This document shows positions 50,148 to 62,918 of a DNA stretch of 64,000 bases, piece by piece (positions within the stretch are counted from its first letter, which is position 1; every line of letters begins with the position of its first letter). Under the pieces are notes generated by a model. It was not told where the DNA came from. It saw nothing but the letters and a program-made list of their open reading frames with translations, and did not search any database. Source of the DNA: an uncultured Bacilli bacterium. Lineage in GTDB: Bacteria; Bacillota_I; Bacilli_A; RF39; UBA660. Both the position numbers and the translations under genes were made by a program. The stretch spans positions 7,338 through 71,337 of the forward strand of contig CAKOQQ010000007.1 of the NCBI GenBank assembly GCA_934101425.1, given 5' to 3'.

Positions 50148-52880
50148 CTATTTATTTTCGCCATCGATGATTAATTTACCAGTTTCCCCTGGAACAAATC
50201 TACCATATAAATTATTACTTGAACTACCTAAAATAGTATTACCATAAATAGTATAATCATCAATAATAGTAGTTCCTACATGAGCAGTTCCAACAATAAG
50301 ACCTGTTTTATTAGTATTTGCTCCGTTAATAGCGTTATCTAAAACTAATACATTTTTCATTCTAGTTGTAGTATCAGGGTTTCCACCAGCGTGGCCAACA
50401 AATCCACCAACTGATCCAGTTCCTGTAATTGTATTATTTTGGAAATCACTATTAGTAATAGTAACAGTTGTATAAACTGGTCCATTATTTACTACATTAT
50501 ATCCAGCAGTATAGCCAACGAATCCACCAGTCCATCCACTAGTATTTTCGATATTACTATATCTAACTTTACAGTTTTCAATGGTTATATCTTTAGCGGC
50601 ATCAGCCATACCAACAAATATACCAGTTGCGTTTTGGCCAGTTGATTTACTAACTAACTTTGTATTTTCAATTATTATATCAGTAAAAGTAGCACTCTTA
50701 CCAGCTCCTAAATGTGTTAAGAAGATGCCGGCATCACCATTAGTTTCATATGTTATTCTTTCTATAGTATGATTATTACCTCTTACTACTAAATTAACAT
50801 CTTTATTAGCTTTCCAAGTAATACCTGTCATATTTAAATCTTCTTCAATATCAATTATTGTATTATCTAAATATGGACTACTAATTGCACTAGCAAATTC
50901 TTTTGGAGTATGTACTGCTATAGAAACATTTTCTTCAGTACTATCTGTAACAGTAAGCTTTTTACCATAAATATATCCTGTATAATAGTTATTATATATT
51001 GCTTTAGATGAAGCCCAAGTTAAACTATCAGTATATAATTTTACATTTTTAGCACTTGAATTAGTAACTGTTACATCACATACACCAAGTCCATATAAGG
51101 TACCAGCTGTAGCATTAGCACCACCTATTACCGAATCAGTTACTGAACTATCAGTAAATACTATAGTTGTATTTTCACCATATCCAACTATACCACCAGC
51201 TTGCCAATTATTAGTTACATGACTATTTTTTACATGAACATTAGTTATGTAAGTAGGTCCATATACTTTACCTAATACTACACCAGCGTATCTTTGACTG
51301 GCATTATCTTGAGTTACTACAGCACCATCAAATGTTAAATTCTTAATAGTAATACCACCAACATAACTAATAAATGCAGCAGATTGTTCGCCAGTTGTAT
51401 TAACTTTCATATTTTTGATAGTACTATTTTTACCATCAATAATAGAACCTCTTAATTCACCTTTTATAGCGTTAATTGGACTCCATTCTTCTCCATCTAA
51501 ATCTATATCATTTAGAATTTCAATTACTTTATTTTGATAAGCTAATGAACCATTATTAATATCATCTCTAAATTTAATTAAATCAGCTTTATTAAATATT
51601 CTAACTGTATTAACTGGTGCTTCATAATTTACTACTAATTCATAGGTATTTTTATTACCAGCTAAATCAGTAAATTCTATAGTTTCTGTTTTACTTTCAC
51701 TATAATGTAATGTTACTTCATTACCAGTTACTTCTATATTTTCACTATTTTTAGTTGTTACTTCTTCACTAAATTTAATAGTTACATCTACCATATTAGT
51801 TGTAGAATTAAATTTTTGATTTACTTCTACTACTTCTGGAAGCACTTTATCAATATTAGAAATTGAATAAGCTACATTAGTTTTATTACCAGCTAAATCT
51901 TCAATAACTACAATATTTGTTTCATTTTCACTAAATTCTTTACTTAATTCTTTTTTATCTAATGATAATGTCCATCCATCTAATTCTTTTAATTCCTCAT
52001 TAGCGATTATAGTTACTACTACATTTTCATTTGTTTTATCAGTAGTTGAATAGTTAGTAGTGGCATTTGGACTTGTTTTATCAATTGTAATTTTTACTGT
52101 AATTTCATTATATGCTCTATCTACTACAGTAATTTCATATTCACCTTCTGTTAAAATACTATTATTTTCAATAACAGTAGGTTCTCCTCCATTTTTAGTA
52201 ATAGTAATAACTACTTCATTTTCATCAGATACAGTAAGTTCTACATCTTCATTAAAATAGTCATTATTATTAACATTTAAGCTTGGAGCTACTATGTCAT
52301 CTAATATTTTAGATAATGAATCTAATAGACTAGTTAATTCATTTTTTACATCACTAAAAGATTCATGAATATTAGAAATTTTATCACTAATTTCATTTTC
52401 TTTATTAAATTCTCTTGCAGATTCTACTTCAGAAGCATTTGATGCAGATTCTACTTTACTAGCAAGTTCATTAACTAGTGATACTATATTCATAGTATCT
52501 TTAGCTCTTTTTAATTCTAATGCTAAAGCTTTTTTCTTATTTTGATCTTTAACTTTAGAAACTAAATTTGAAGCATTATTATAAGCATAACTAGCATTCT
52601 TACCATTATTTATTAATTCATTAAGTTTAGTAATTGCACTTAATGCAAGTTCATAAGAATTATCTGCAACCGGTTTAACTATAACTGGTTCGTTATCCTT
52701 ATTATCTTCAGTTTTGTCCTTGTCTTTATCCTTATCTTTGTCTTTATCCTCTTCTTCTTTTATTTCTGGTTTTTTTATATCTTCTTCTTTTTCTTCATCT
52801 TTTGGATTAGCAAAAGAAAAAATAGTAAAACCAATGAATAAAAATAATATAATTGCAATAATATACTTTTTCTTATTCAT
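50148..52880 (-). CDS. large secreted protein: signal peptide, KD-repeat low-complexity linker, coiled coil, Ig-like domains, C-terminal GLUG-motif beta-helix
   Basis: Start MNKKKYIIAIILFLF after AAGGAGGG RBS (the track ORF is extended upstream). EEDKDKDKDKDKDKTEDNKDNEP. Repeated GGIVGY / GGFVGY / GGFVGH GLUG-like motifs. Confidence 0.65.
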   Translation of the reverse strand: MNKKKYIIAIILFLFIGFTIFSFANPKDEEKEEDIKKPEIKEEEDKDKDKDKDKDKTEDNKDNEPVIVKPVADNSYELALSAITKLNELINNGKNASYAYNNASNLVSKVKDQNKKKALALELKRAKDTMNIVSLVNELASKVESASNASEVESAREFNKENEISDKISNIHESFSDVKNELTSLLDSLSKILDDIVAPSLNVNNNDYFNEDVELTVSDENEVVITITKNGGEPTVIENNSILTEGEYEITVVDRAYNEITVKITIDKTSPNATTNYSTTDKTNENVVVTIIANEELKELDGWTLSLDKKELSKEFSENETNIVVIEDLAGNKTNVAYSISNIDKVLPEVVEVNQKFNSTTNMVDVTIKFSEEVTTKNSENIEVTGNEVTLHYSESKTETIEFTDLAGNKNTYELVVNYEAPVNTVRIFNKADLIKFRDDINNGSLAYQNKVIEILNDIDLDGEEWSPINAIKGELRGSIIDGKNSTIKNMKVNTTGEQSAAFISYVGGITIKNLTFDGAVVTQDNASQRYAGVVLGKVYGPTYITNVHVKNSHVTNNWQAGGIVGYGENTTIVFTDSSVTDSVIGGANATAGTLYGLGVCDVTVTNSSAKNVKLYTDSLTWASSKAIYNNYYTGYIYGKKLTVTDSTEENVSIAVHTPKEFASAISSPYLDNTIIDIEEDLNMTGITWKANKDVNLVVRGNNHTIERITYETNGDAGIFLTHLGAGKSATFTDIIIENTKLVSKSTGQNATGIFVGMADAAKDITIENCKVRYSNIENTSGWTGGFVGYTAGYNVVNNGPVYTTVTITNSDFQNNTITGTGSVGGFVGHAGGNPDTTTRMKNVLVLDNAINGANTNKTGLIVGTAHVGTTIIDDYTIYGNTILGSSSNNLYGRFVPGETGKLIIDGENK

Positions 52881-52940
52881 ATAAACCCTCCTTTTTTCTA
52901 AACTGCACTTATTATAACACATTTTTAAAATTTGTCTATA

Positions 52941-53477
52941 TTAATATATCTTAAATTTATTAAATGGCCACAATTTTATTCTAATTTTTCCTAAAATGTT
53001 CTCTTTTTTTATAAATCCTATCTTTTTATCTCTACTATCGGATGAATTTTCTCTATTATCACCAAGAACAAAATACATATCTTTTGGAACAATAACTTCT
53101 AAATCTTCAGTAGTGCCAATTTTATAATCCTCAGTTATTTTTTCATCATTTATATATAAAATATTATCTTTAAATACCACTTTATCATTAGGTAGTCCAA
53201 TAACTCTTTTTACAATGTATTTACTTTGTTCATCATTGATTGCTACTATGTCATATCTTTTAATATTCTTTAATCTATATACTAATTTATCTAATATAAG
53301 TACATCATTATTATTTAGTGTAGGATTCATAGATGATCCTATCACTTGATTAAAACCAATTACATATATAGCAATAATAATAATTGTTAATACAAATAAT
53401 ATGTATTTAATGCTATCTTTTATAAATTCTTTAATATCCAACCAGTCCACACTATCAACTCCAATTATATAATACAT
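52941..53477 (-). CDS. lepB: signal peptidase I
   Basis: 178 aa with SSMNPTL (Ser) and GDNRENSSDSR box. Confidence 0.85.
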   Translation of the reverse strand: MYYIIGVDSVDWLDIKEFIKDSIKYILFVLTIIIIAIYVIGFNQVIGSSMNPTLNNNDVLILDKLVYRLKNIKRYDIVAINDEQSKYIVKRVIGLPNDKVVFKDNILYINDEKITEDYKIGTTEDLEVIVPKDMYFVLGDNRENSSDSRDKKIGFIKKENILGKIRIKLWPFNKFKIY

Positions 53478-53520
53478 TATTTTATATATATTTTCAATTA
53501 AAAAACAAAATAACTTTATG

Positions 53521-54651
53521 TTATTTTGTTATAGGTTGAATATAGTTAATTTTATATTCCTCATTTATCATTTTGTTTAATGGAATATCTAATTCTTCAT
53601 TATTTTTTGCAAATAAGAAAATGACATCTTCTGTTTTTGTACTTAAAAGTAATGAATTAGGAAAACCACCTATTTTTAATTCAGAATATATAAAAGTAAT
53701 AATTTCCATTGGAATATTTTCTGGTAATACTTTTATATTTAATTCATCTAAATATTCTTGTTCAGCTTTTGTTAAACTATAATCATTTACGTTATATAGA
53801 ATTGTATAGTTATCTTTATAAGTATCATATACTTGTTTAATCATATCTTTCATTTCAGCTTTAGTATACTTAGAAGTGTTACTACCAATTATAACTAAAA
53901 ATGGTTTTGTAGAAGTAAAATACTTATTATCATAATCTTTTTTGTCTACATTTATAATTTTTAATAAACTAGCTCTTTGTTCAGTTGTTAAACTATTGTA
54001 TATAGTTTTTGGATCATCTAAAACGAAATTAACTTTTTTTATTTCATCATTTACTTTATCTTCGTAAGCTGTAATATATTCTGGATATTGTAAATAATAT
54101 CTTGTATTATCTCTCTTTGCTGATATTAATAAATAATTATGATTATAATTATCTAAATCAAAATTATCCTTAAAGCCGTTAAATTCATTTTCATGTTTTT
54201 TATATATTTCGTAGCCATTTTCAAATTCATAATCATAATAATTATTATATGAATCTATACCATTTGAAAATATAGTTACATCATAATTATCTTTTAAATT
54301 AAGTTCAAATTCTAATAAATAATACTTTTCATCTAACATTAAATGAAATTTAGAATTACTATTATTATCTTTTATAAACTCATTTATTTCTTTTATTAAA
54401 TTTTTATCAAATTTACCATTATTTTTTGATATTTTAATATTTTTATTAGCATTTAAATAATCAGTATTTATTAAATCAGTATCTGTATACCATATAAATG
54501 ATTTATTATCATCTGTTTTTACTAAATTTAATAATGTATAAACAGTTGATAAATTAGAATCTGTAACATATATATAATAATCTTTTACTTCTTTTTCTTT
54601 AGCACATCCAACTAATAAAAATACCAATAATAATGCAATTATCTTCTTCAT
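53521..54651 (-). CDS. lipoprotein, hypothetical (376 aa)
   Basis: Start MKKIIALLLVFLLVGCAKE after AGGTGG RBS, with lipobox LVGC. The track ORF is extended by 15 aa. Confidence 0.6.
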   Translation of the reverse strand: MKKIIALLLVFLLVGCAKEKEVKDYYIYVTDSNLSTVYTLLNLVKTDDNKSFIWYTDTDLINTDYLNANKNIKISKNNGKFDKNLIKEINEFIKDNNSNSKFHLMLDEKYYLLEFELNLKDNYDVTIFSNGIDSYNNYYDYEFENGYEIYKKHENEFNGFKDNFDLDNYNHNYLLISAKRDNTRYYLQYPEYITAYEDKVNDEIKKVNFVLDDPKTIYNSLTTEQRASLLKIINVDKKDYDNKYFTSTKPFLVIIGSNTSKYTKAEMKDMIKQVYDTYKDNYTILYNVNDYSLTKAEQEYLDELNIKVLPENIPMEIITFIYSELKIGGFPNSLLLSTKTEDVIFLFAKNNEELDIPLNKMINEEYKINYIQPITK

Positions 54652-54727
54652 CTTACCACCTATTCTAATGATATCATATGCTAAAAATATTTTCAATAAT
54701 AATAAAAAGAAAAAGAGACATTGTCTC

Positions 54728-57700
54728 TTAATCCATTAATTCTTGTTCTAAAGCTTCTAATGGTTCATCTTTTAACATATCAACTTTTAAATCATAATCT
54801 GTTTTACGATATTTTTTAGCTCCTGTACCAGCAGGAATTAATTTACCAATAATAACATTTTCTTTTAAGCCATTTAAATGATCAACTTTACCATGAATTG
54901 CAGCATCTGTAAGAATTCTTGTTGTTTCTTGGAATGATGCAGCTGATAAGAATGAATCAGTTTCTAATGAAGCTTTTGTTATACCTAACAATACTGGTTT
55001 ACCAGTTGCAGGTCTCTTACCGCTAACAATTAATTCTTTATTTACACTAGTAAATTTATTTATGTTTACCATAGTACCAGGCAAGAATAATGAATCTCCT
55101 GAATTAATAATTTTAATTTTAGAAATCATTCTCTTAGCAATAACCTCAATATGTTTATCACTAATATCTACACCTTGTGATGAGTATACTTTTTGAGTTT
55201 CAGATAAGATGTATTGTTGTACAGTAATTGGGTCTGTAACAACTAATAATTCTTTAGGACTGATAGCTCCAAATGTTAACTTATCTCCAGCTTTTACTAT
55301 AGATCCTTCTGATACACATAATTTAGAACCATAATTTGTAACATGTTCTCTTGTTTCGACATCATTTTTAATCTTAATGATAAATTTGCCATTTTCATCT
55401 TCGATACTAATAACTTCACCATTTATTTCTGCTATTGTAGCTTTACCTTTAGGATTTCTAGCTTCAAATAATTCTTGAACTCTAGGAAGTCCTTGAGTAA
55501 TATCATCACCAGCAACACCACCAGTATTAAATGTTCTCATGGTTAATTGAGTACCAGGTTCACCGATTGATTGTGCAGCCATTATACCAACAGCTTCACC
55601 AACTTCTACTACTGAACCAGTTGCTAAGTTTCTACCATAACATTTAACACATACACCATTTTCTGTTTTACATGTAAGTAATGTTCTAATAGGTACTTTT
55701 GTAACTCCTGCTTTAATAATTTTATCTGCGATTTGTTCAGTTATATAAGTATCTTCATCTACTATTACTTCCTTAGTTTCTGGATGTAATACTTTCTTAT
55801 TAGTATATCTACCAATAATTCTATTAGCAAGTGATTCTATTACAGAACCATCTTTATCATCTACAAATGCTTCTACATTTACATATGCATCTGTATGACA
55901 ATCTTCTTCTTTAATAATTATATCTTGTGATACATCAACAAGTCTTCTTGTTAAATATCCTGCATCGGCTGTTTTTAAAGCTGTATCTACAGCACCTTTT
56001 CTAGCACCATGAGTAGATAAGAAGAATTCAGATATTGTTACACCTTCACTAAATGAAGATACTACTGGAATTTCTACATATCCACCACTTGGTTTAGCGA
56101 ATAATCCTCTCATACCAACTAATTGAGTTTGAGAATTAATATCCCCACGAGCTTTACTCATCATCATTATTGATACTGGGTTTTCAGGATCTGATTTAAC
56201 AATAGTTTCAATTTCTTTTTGGATTTTAGCTTTTGCATTTGTCCAAGTTTCAACTACTTTTTCGTATCTTTCTTGATCAGTAATTAAACCTCTTTTAAAT
56301 TGTTTATTTATTTGATCTACAACAGCTTGACTTTCTTTTAATACTTCAGGTTTAATAACACTTTCTTTTAAGTCACTGATAGCAATTGAAATACCAGACA
56401 ATGTAGAATGTTTAAATCCTAAATCTTTAAGTCTATCAAGCATAACAGAAGTTTCTGTTGTATGATATCTCTTATATATTTGAGCAATTAATTTACTTAA
56501 TACACCTTTATTAAATGCTTCAACTAATGGCATACTAGCTATTTCAGCTTTAATATCTTTACCTTTATCTATAAAGTATTTACTTGGTACCATTACTTCA
56601 ATATTTTCAGTACTTCCATCATTAATATATTGGAAAGTATCTGGGAATATTTCATTAAATAATATTTTACCAACTGTAGTAACTAAATATTTGTCTATGT
56701 ATTTATCTGGGAATATTTTATGTTTAAATGACTTAACTGGTAGGACTATTCTAGTATGAAGAGTTATTTCTCTTCTTTCATAAGCCATACAAGCTTCATT
56801 TTCATTTTTAAATACTCTACCTTCACCAGGAAGTCCAGCTTTTTCAATAGTTAAATAATAGTTACCAAGTACCATATCTTGTCCAGGTGTAACAATTGGC
56901 TTTCCATCTTTTGGAGATAGGATATTATTAGCACCTAACATAAGAATTCTGGCTTCTGCTTGAGCTTCATCAGAAATAGGTACATGGATTGCCATTTGGT
57001 CTCCATCGAAGTCTGCATTAAATGCTGTACATACAAGGGGGTGAAGTCTTATACTTCTACCTTCAATTAATTTTGGTTCAAATGCTTGAATACCTAATCT
57101 ATGTAGAGTTGGTGCTCTATTAAGTAATATAGGGTGTTCTTTAATTTTTTCTTCTACAATATCCCAAACTCTATCATCTTGATCTTCAATCATTCTTTTA
57201 GCAGCTTTAATATTAGATGCTATTTCTTTAGAAACTAATCCGTTAATAACATGTGGTTTAAATAATTCTAGAGCCATTTCTTTTGGTACACCACATTCAT
57301 ACATCTTTAGACTTGGTCCTACAACAATTACTGAACGACCAGAATAATCTACACGTTTACCAAGTAAGTTTTGACGGAAACGACCTTGTTTACCTTTTAA
57401 CATACTTGAAAGTGATTTAAGTGGTCTATTACCAGCTCCTGTTATATTTCTTCCACGTCTGCCATTATCAAATAATGCATCTACAGCTTCTTGAAGCATT
57501 CTCTTTTCATTTTGAATAATGATAGATGGTGCATTTAATTCGATAAGTTTTTTAAGTCTGTTATTTCTATTAATAACTCTTCTATATAAATCATTTAAGT
57601 CTGATGTAGCAAATCTACCACCATCTAATTGTATCATTGGTCTTAAATCAGGTGGAATAACTGGAAGAGCTTCAATTATCATCCATTCTGGTCTATTACC

Positions 57701-58363
57701 AGATTCTAAGAATGCATCTAGTACATCTAGTCTTTTAATTAATCTAATTCTCTTTTGACTAGTAGAATCTTTTATTTCTTCTATTTCTTTTTTAAGATCA
57801 TTTACTTCTTTTTCTAAATCTACTTCTTTTAGTAATTCTTTAATAGCTTCAGCACCCATGCCAACTCTAAATGAATCACCATATTTTTGATAGTATTCTC
57901 TATAATCTCTATCACTAATAGTTTGTTTCTTTATAAGTCCAGTAGGTCCTGGATCTAATACTACATAACTTACGAAATATAATACTTCTTCAAGATCTCT
58001 TGGAGACATATCTAGTACTAATCCCATTCTAGATGGAATACCTTTAAAGAACCAGATATGTGACACTGGAGTTGCTAGTTCGATGTGTCCCATTCTTTCT
58101 CTTCTTACTTTACTTCTAGTAACTTCAACTCCACATTTGTCACAAACTATATTTCTATATCTTAATCTTTTATATTTACCACAAGAACATTCAAAATCTT
58201 TAGTTGGTCCAAATATCTTTTCACAGAAAAGTCCATCTCTTTCAGGTTTTAATGTTCTATAATTGATAGTTTCAGCTTTTTTTACTTCACCATAACTCCA
58301 TGAACGGATTTTTTCAGGAGAAGCAATGGCTATTCTTAATCCTTCAAAATTATTTACATCCAT
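54728..58363 (-). CDS. rpoC: DNA-directed RNA polymerase subunit beta'
   Basis: 1211 aa with NADFDGD catalytic motif and zinc-finger cysteines. Confidence 0.97.
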   Translation of the reverse strand: MDVNNFEGLRIAIASPEKIRSWSYGEVKKAETINYRTLKPERDGLFCEKIFGPTKDFECSCGKYKRLRYRNIVCDKCGVEVTRSKVRRERMGHIELATPVSHIWFFKGIPSRMGLVLDMSPRDLEEVLYFVSYVVLDPGPTGLIKKQTISDRDYREYYQKYGDSFRVGMGAEAIKELLKEVDLEKEVNDLKKEIEEIKDSTSQKRIRLIKRLDVLDAFLESGNRPEWMIIEALPVIPPDLRPMIQLDGGRFATSDLNDLYRRVINRNNRLKKLIELNAPSIIIQNEKRMLQEAVDALFDNGRRGRNITGAGNRPLKSLSSMLKGKQGRFRQNLLGKRVDYSGRSVIVVGPSLKMYECGVPKEMALELFKPHVINGLVSKEIASNIKAAKRMIEDQDDRVWDIVEEKIKEHPILLNRAPTLHRLGIQAFEPKLIEGRSIRLHPLVCTAFNADFDGDQMAIHVPISDEAQAEARILMLGANNILSPKDGKPIVTPGQDMVLGNYYLTIEKAGLPGEGRVFKNENEACMAYERREITLHTRIVLPVKSFKHKIFPDKYIDKYLVTTVGKILFNEIFPDTFQYINDGSTENIEVMVPSKYFIDKGKDIKAEIASMPLVEAFNKGVLSKLIAQIYKRYHTTETSVMLDRLKDLGFKHSTLSGISIAISDLKESVIKPEVLKESQAVVDQINKQFKRGLITDQERYEKVVETWTNAKAKIQKEIETIVKSDPENPVSIMMMSKARGDINSQTQLVGMRGLFAKPSGGYVEIPVVSSFSEGVTISEFFLSTHGARKGAVDTALKTADAGYLTRRLVDVSQDIIIKEEDCHTDAYVNVEAFVDDKDGSVIESLANRIIGRYTNKKVLHPETKEVIVDEDTYITEQIADKIIKAGVTKVPIRTLLTCKTENGVCVKCYGRNLATGSVVEVGEAVGIMAAQSIGEPGTQLTMRTFNTGGVAGDDITQGLPRVQELFEARNPKGKATIAEINGEVISIEDENGKFIIKIKNDVETREHVTNYGSKLCVSEGSIVKAGDKLTFGAISPKELLVVTDPITVQQYILSETQKVYSSQGVDISDKHIEVIAKRMISKIKIINSGDSLFLPGTMVNINKFTSVNKELIVSGKRPATGKPVLLGITKASLETDSFLSAASFQETTRILTDAAIHGKVDHLNGLKENVIIGKLIPAGTGAKKYRKTDYDLKVDMLKDEPLEALEQELMD

Positions 58364-58365
58364 TA

Positions 58366-61300
58366 CTATTCAACTCCTTCCAAATCGATATCACTATCAT
58401 CAATATCATCTAATGAATCATAACCATCGTCAAATTCTTCTTCTTCTAAATCATCTTCTTCTGGTTCTTCAACTGGTTCAGGTATACTTTCTTTTGCTTT
58501 ATCTAATTCTTCTTGTGATAAGAAAGAATCTTTTTCATTTTCTTCTAAATCTTTAAATTCAGCAAATTTACCATCTTCAGTTAATACTGTCATATCAAGT
58601 CCTAAAGCTTGGAATTCTTTTATTAATACTCTAAAACTTTCTGGTATACCAGATGCTGGTATTTCATTTCCTTTAACGATAGCTTCATAAACTTTTACTC
58701 TACCTACAACATCATCTGATTTAGTAGTCATCATTTCTTGTAAAATGTGTGCAGCACCATATGCATATAATGCCCAAACTTCCATTTCCCCAAATCTTTG
58801 ACCACCAAATTGTGCTTTACCACCTAGTGGTTGTTGTGTAACCATACTGTATGGTCCAGTACTTCTAGCATGTAATTTATCATCAACCATGTGATTTAAT
58901 TTAATCATATACATGATACCAACTGATGCTCTATTATCAAATGGTTCACCAGTTCTACCATCATATAATTGCATTTTACCATCTTCACTTAACCCAGCTT
59001 CTTTTAGTGAATCAATAATTTCACTTCTTGTAGCTCCGGCAAATACTGGAGTTGCAACTTTAATATTTAATGCTTTAGCAGCAGCACCTAAGTGCATTTC
59101 TAGGATTTGTCCAATGTTCATACGAGATGGTACCCCAAGTGGGTTTAATAAGATATCTACAGGCTCACCATTTTCCATGTATGGCATATCTTCACTAGGT
59201 AATATAAGTGAAATAACCCCTTTATTACCATGACGTCCAGCCATCTTATCCCCTACAGATATTTTTCTCTTTTGAGCTATATAAACTCTTACAATTTTTG
59301 ATACACCAGCTGGAAGTTCATCAGAATCTTCTTTAGTGAAGATTTTAACATCATGAACAATTCCTTCTCCACCATGTGGAACTCTAAGTGATGTATCTCT
59401 TACTTCTCTTGTTTTTTCTCCAAATATTGCATGTAATAATTTTTCTTCTGAAGTAAGTTCAGCTACTCCTTTAGGAGTTACTTTACCAACTAATATATCA
59501 TCATCTTTTACTTCAGTACCAATTCTTACAATACCATTTTCATCTAAGTTCTTACGAGCTTCTTCACCAACATTTGGAATATCTCTTGTAAATTCTTCTG
59601 GTCCTAATTTAGTGTCACGACATTCAATTTGATAATCTTCAATATGAATTGATGTATAAACATCATCTCTTACTAATCTTTCATTTAAGATAACAGCATC
59701 TTCATAGTTATAACCATTAAAGTTCATGAATGCTACTGTAACATTTCTACCAAGTGCCATTTCACCATTTTGTGTACTAGGTCCATCAGCTATAACTTGT
59801 CCAGATATTACTTTATCACCAACTCTTACAATTGGTACTTGATGATAACAAGTTCCAGCGTTACTTCTTTCATAACCAGTTAAGTAATATGTATCTGTTC
59901 CTTTTAAGTTTTTAACTATAATTTTTTTAGAATCAACATAATCTACTACTCCATCAGCTTTAGCCATTACAACTGCTCCAGAATCTTTTGCAGCAATAGC
60001 TTCAATACCAGTTCCAACTATAGGAGCTTCTGGTTTTAATAATGGGATAGCTTGTCTTTGCATGTTAGCACCCATAAGCGCTCTTTTACCATCATCGTGT
60101 TCCAAGAAAGGAATACAACTTGTTGTAATAGAAACTACTTGTTGTGCTGATACATCAGCAAAGTCTACTTTTTCTTTTTCAATAATGATATTTTCACCAT
60201 AAAATCTTACAGGTACTCTATCATCTATTATTTTATTATCATCATCTACTTTTACAGTAGCTTGTGATATGTAATGTTCTAATTCTTCATCAGCAGTCAT
60301 ATAAACTATTTCATCAGTAAGTTTACAATCAACTACTTTTCTATATGGAGTCATAATAAATCCATATTCATTTACCTTAGCGAAACTAGCTAAAGATGTA
60401 ATTAAACCGATATTTGGTCCTTCTGGTGATTCAATTGGACATAATCTACCATAGTGACTTACATTAACGTCACGAACTTCCATACCAGCTCTATCTCTAG
60501 ATAATCCTCCAGGTCCTAGAGAAGATAATCTTCTTTTATTTGCAAGTTCTGCTATTGGATTAACTTGATCCATGAATTGTGATAATTGACTTGAACCAAA
60601 GAATTCTTTCATAGCAGCAGTAAGAGGTCTAATATTAATAAGTGATTTAGGACTTACTTCCCCTACATCTTGAGTAGACATTCTATCTCTTATTACTCTT
60701 TCAATACGACTAATACCAATTCTAAATTGGTTTTGTAGTAATTCTCCTACTTGTCTAACACGTCTATTAGATAAGTGGTCAATTTCATCATATGATCCAA
60801 TACCATCTAATAAATTTAAATAGTATGATACAGATGCATATACATCTGAAATAGTTAATCTCTTTTCAGTAATAGTTTGATCATTACCTATTACTTTAAC
60901 TACTTTATTTTTATCATTTTTAGAATATACTTTTATAATTTGTACTTTATTATAACTATCAAGATCAGTATTAATAGTAGTTTCTACTACTCCGTATCCA
61001 TCTTTTAAGATAGGTTTTAATATTTCCATATTTTCTTTTGTAAGTAATGTATCTTTAGGTAAAATAACTTCTTTACCAACTTTAATATCTTCTGCAAGAG
61101 TACAGTTATAAAGTCTTTCAGCTACATTTAACTTTTTATTAAATTTGTATCTACCAACTTTAGCTAAATCATATCTAAATGAATCAAAGAATCTAGTGAT
61201 TAATTGATTTTGTGCAGATTCTAATGTTGATGGTTCACCTGGTCTTAATTTACTATGAATATCAATTAATGATTCATCAGTATTCTTATTAACATCTTTT

Positions 61301-61968
61301 TCTATAGTTTTAACTAAACTATCATTTTCACCATATAAATCTAATATATCTTCATCATTAGAAAGTCCTAATGCTCTTAAAAGTGTAGTAACTGGAACTT
61401 TTCTAGTTCTATCAATTCTTACATAAATAACATCACGAGCATCTGGTTCATATTCTAGCCAAGTACCTCTTGTAGGTATTATTTGTGATTTGATAATAGA
61501 TTTACCATTTTTCTTATCTATTTCACGACTGAAATAAACACTTGGTGATCTTACTAATTGAGAAACAATTACTCTTTCTGCCCCATTAATAATAAATGTT
61601 CCTGTTTCTGTCATAATAGGCATATCACCTAAATAAACTTTTTGTTCTTTAACTTCTCCAGTTTCTTGATTAAAAAGTCTAGCTTCTACATTTAGTGGTG
61701 CTGCATATGTAGAATATCTTTCTTTGCATTCCTTGATTGAATGTCTTGGTTCATCTAATGAATATTCACCAAATTCTAATTTTAAGTTTCCTGTAAAGCT
61801 TTCAACAGGAAAAATATCATCAAATACTTCTTTGATGCCTTCAGTAATAAATTCATTATATGATTTTTTTTGTATTTCTAGTAAGTCTTTTAATTCAATT
61901 GCATTGTCTGTTTTTGAGTAACTTCTTCTTACAGTGTAGTCCCCAAATTTTTTATTAGTATAAGCCAT
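58366..61968 (-). CDS. rpoB: DNA-directed RNA polymerase subunit beta, with ~50-aa acidic C-terminal tail
   Basis: 1200 aa with conserved rif-region and catalytic blocks. Only a 2-nt gap to rpoC. Tail [34 protein letters not shown]. Confidence 0.97.
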   Translation of the reverse strand: MAYTNKKFGDYTVRRSYSKTDNAIELKDLLEIQKKSYNEFITEGIKEVFDDIFPVESFTGNLKLEFGEYSLDEPRHSIKECKERYSTYAAPLNVEARLFNQETGEVKEQKVYLGDMPIMTETGTFIINGAERVIVSQLVRSPSVYFSREIDKKNGKSIIKSQIIPTRGTWLEYEPDARDVIYVRIDRTRKVPVTTLLRALGLSNDEDILDLYGENDSLVKTIEKDVNKNTDESLIDIHSKLRPGEPSTLESAQNQLITRFFDSFRYDLAKVGRYKFNKKLNVAERLYNCTLAEDIKVGKEVILPKDTLLTKENMEILKPILKDGYGVVETTINTDLDSYNKVQIIKVYSKNDKNKVVKVIGNDQTITEKRLTISDVYASVSYYLNLLDGIGSYDEIDHLSNRRVRQVGELLQNQFRIGISRIERVIRDRMSTQDVGEVSPKSLINIRPLTAAMKEFFGSSQLSQFMDQVNPIAELANKRRLSSLGPGGLSRDRAGMEVRDVNVSHYGRLCPIESPEGPNIGLITSLASFAKVNEYGFIMTPYRKVVDCKLTDEIVYMTADEELEHYISQATVKVDDDNKIIDDRVPVRFYGENIIIEKEKVDFADVSAQQVVSITTSCIPFLEHDDGKRALMGANMQRQAIPLLKPEAPIVGTGIEAIAAKDSGAVVMAKADGVVDYVDSKKIIVKNLKGTDTYYLTGYERSNAGTCYHQVPIVRVGDKVISGQVIADGPSTQNGEMALGRNVTVAFMNFNGYNYEDAVILNERLVRDDVYTSIHIEDYQIECRDTKLGPEEFTRDIPNVGEEARKNLDENGIVRIGTEVKDDDILVGKVTPKGVAELTSEEKLLHAIFGEKTREVRDTSLRVPHGGEGIVHDVKIFTKEDSDELPAGVSKIVRVYIAQKRKISVGDKMAGRHGNKGVISLILPSEDMPYMENGEPVDILLNPLGVPSRMNIGQILEMHLGAAAKALNIKVATPVFAGATRSEIIDSLKEAGLSEDGKMQLYDGRTGEPFDNRASVGIMYMIKLNHMVDDKLHARSTGPYSMVTQQPLGGKAQFGGQRFGEMEVWALYAYGAAHILQEMMTTKSDDVVGRVKVYEAIVKGNEIPASGIPESFRVLIKEFQALGLDMTVLTEDGKFAEFKDLEENEKDSFLSQEELDKAKESIPEPVEEPEEDDLEEEEFDDGYDSLDDIDDSDIDLEGVE

Positions 61969-62053
61969 GTTTCACCCCAATTATTTAAATTTTTTTATAC
62001 TATAAAAAGTATATGCCACCAACTTATAATTTTAACAAATAACTTACAAGTTG

Positions 62054-62635
62054 TCAACGAGATTTAAGTGAAATAATATAAAATCCTTTAACTTTATTTA
62101 ATACTTCCACATTATAGTATTCTTCTAAATCTTTTATAATAGATTTTGCTCCTTGATCTTTATTTACAACAAAAATCATTTTACCATCACTTTTTAAATA
62201 ATTTTTAGCATTTATTAAAATATCATAAAGTATTTTTTTCCCTACCCTTATAGGTGGGTTGCTGATTATATAATCATATTTTTTATTTACATTTTCATAT
62301 ATATTGCTTTCAAATACATTTACTGTTACATTATTTAAATCAGCATTTTTAATAGCTAAATTAATACTTCTTTTATTTATGTCAACCATATCAACATATG
62401 TATCAAATGTTTTCTTTATAAAAATACCGATAGGTCCGTATCCACAACCAAAATCTAGTACATCTCCAGAAACATCTTTTAAAGATTCTAATAATGCTCT
62501 TGTTCCAAAATCAAGACCTTTTTTTGAAAATACACCATTATCGGTATAAAAAGAAAATTTCGCATTATTTATTATAACATCATGCTTTTTTATTTCACTT
62601 TTTACTGTATCATCATTACTAAAATAATAACTCAT
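62054..62635 (-). CDS. class I SAM-dependent methyltransferase (RsmC/RlmG-like small MTase; YbxB position between rplL and rpoB)
   Basis: VLDFGCGYGPIG motif I and IISNPPI (NPP) motif IV. Confidence 0.7.
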   Translation of the reverse strand: MSYYFSNDDTVKSEIKKHDVIINNAKFSFYTDNGVFSKKGLDFGTRALLESLKDVSGDVLDFGCGYGPIGIFIKKTFDTYVDMVDINKRSINLAIKNADLNNVTVNVFESNIYENVNKKYDYIISNPPIRVGKKILYDILINAKNYLKSDGKMIFVVNKDQGAKSIIKDLEEYYNVEVLNKVKGFYIISLKSR

Positions 62636-62642
62636 ATAACCT

Positions 62643-62840
62643 CTATTTTGTTTTTACTAGTTTTTTAGTTTTATCTTTAACTCTCTTATATTCTTTATTT
62701 TCTTCTAAGCTGAAAGGTTCAGTATACATTACATCCCTTGTAACTTTTAAATCTTTTACAAAAACATTAGAAAGCGATCCTACCAGTACAAAACTCATGG
62801 CAACTGCTAATGCTTTTTTACTAAATCTAAAATTTCTCAT
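62643..62840 (-). CDS. small (65 aa) hypothetical protein with signal-peptide-like N-terminus
   Basis: ORF only. Short RBS spacing. Lies between the rplL terminator and the methyltransferase. Confidence 0.25.
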   Translation of the reverse strand: MRNFRFSKKALAVAMSFVLVGSLSNVFVKDLKVTRDVMYTEPFSLEENKEYKRVKDKTKKLVKTK

Positions 62841-62872
62841 GCGTCCCCCAATCCAAGTTTTATAAACACTTA

Positions 62873-62902
62873 AAGCCCATACTATAAATATAGTATAGGC
62901 TT
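62873..62902 (-). terminator. rho-independent terminator/attenuator downstream of rplL
   Basis: AAGCCtATACTAtatttaTAGTATgGGCTT hairpin on the minus strand. Confidence 0.5.
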
Positions 62903-62918
62903 AAAATTTTAAATAAAA

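Noticed and set aside
52690-52760. Tandem gtctttatcc/ttatctttgtc DNA repeats as a CRISPR-like or VNTR locus
   Set aside because: They lie inside a continuous ORF and encode the (KD)n linker of the surface protein. No spacer/repeat periodicity of CRISPR type. No CRISPR arrays were seen anywhere in the window.
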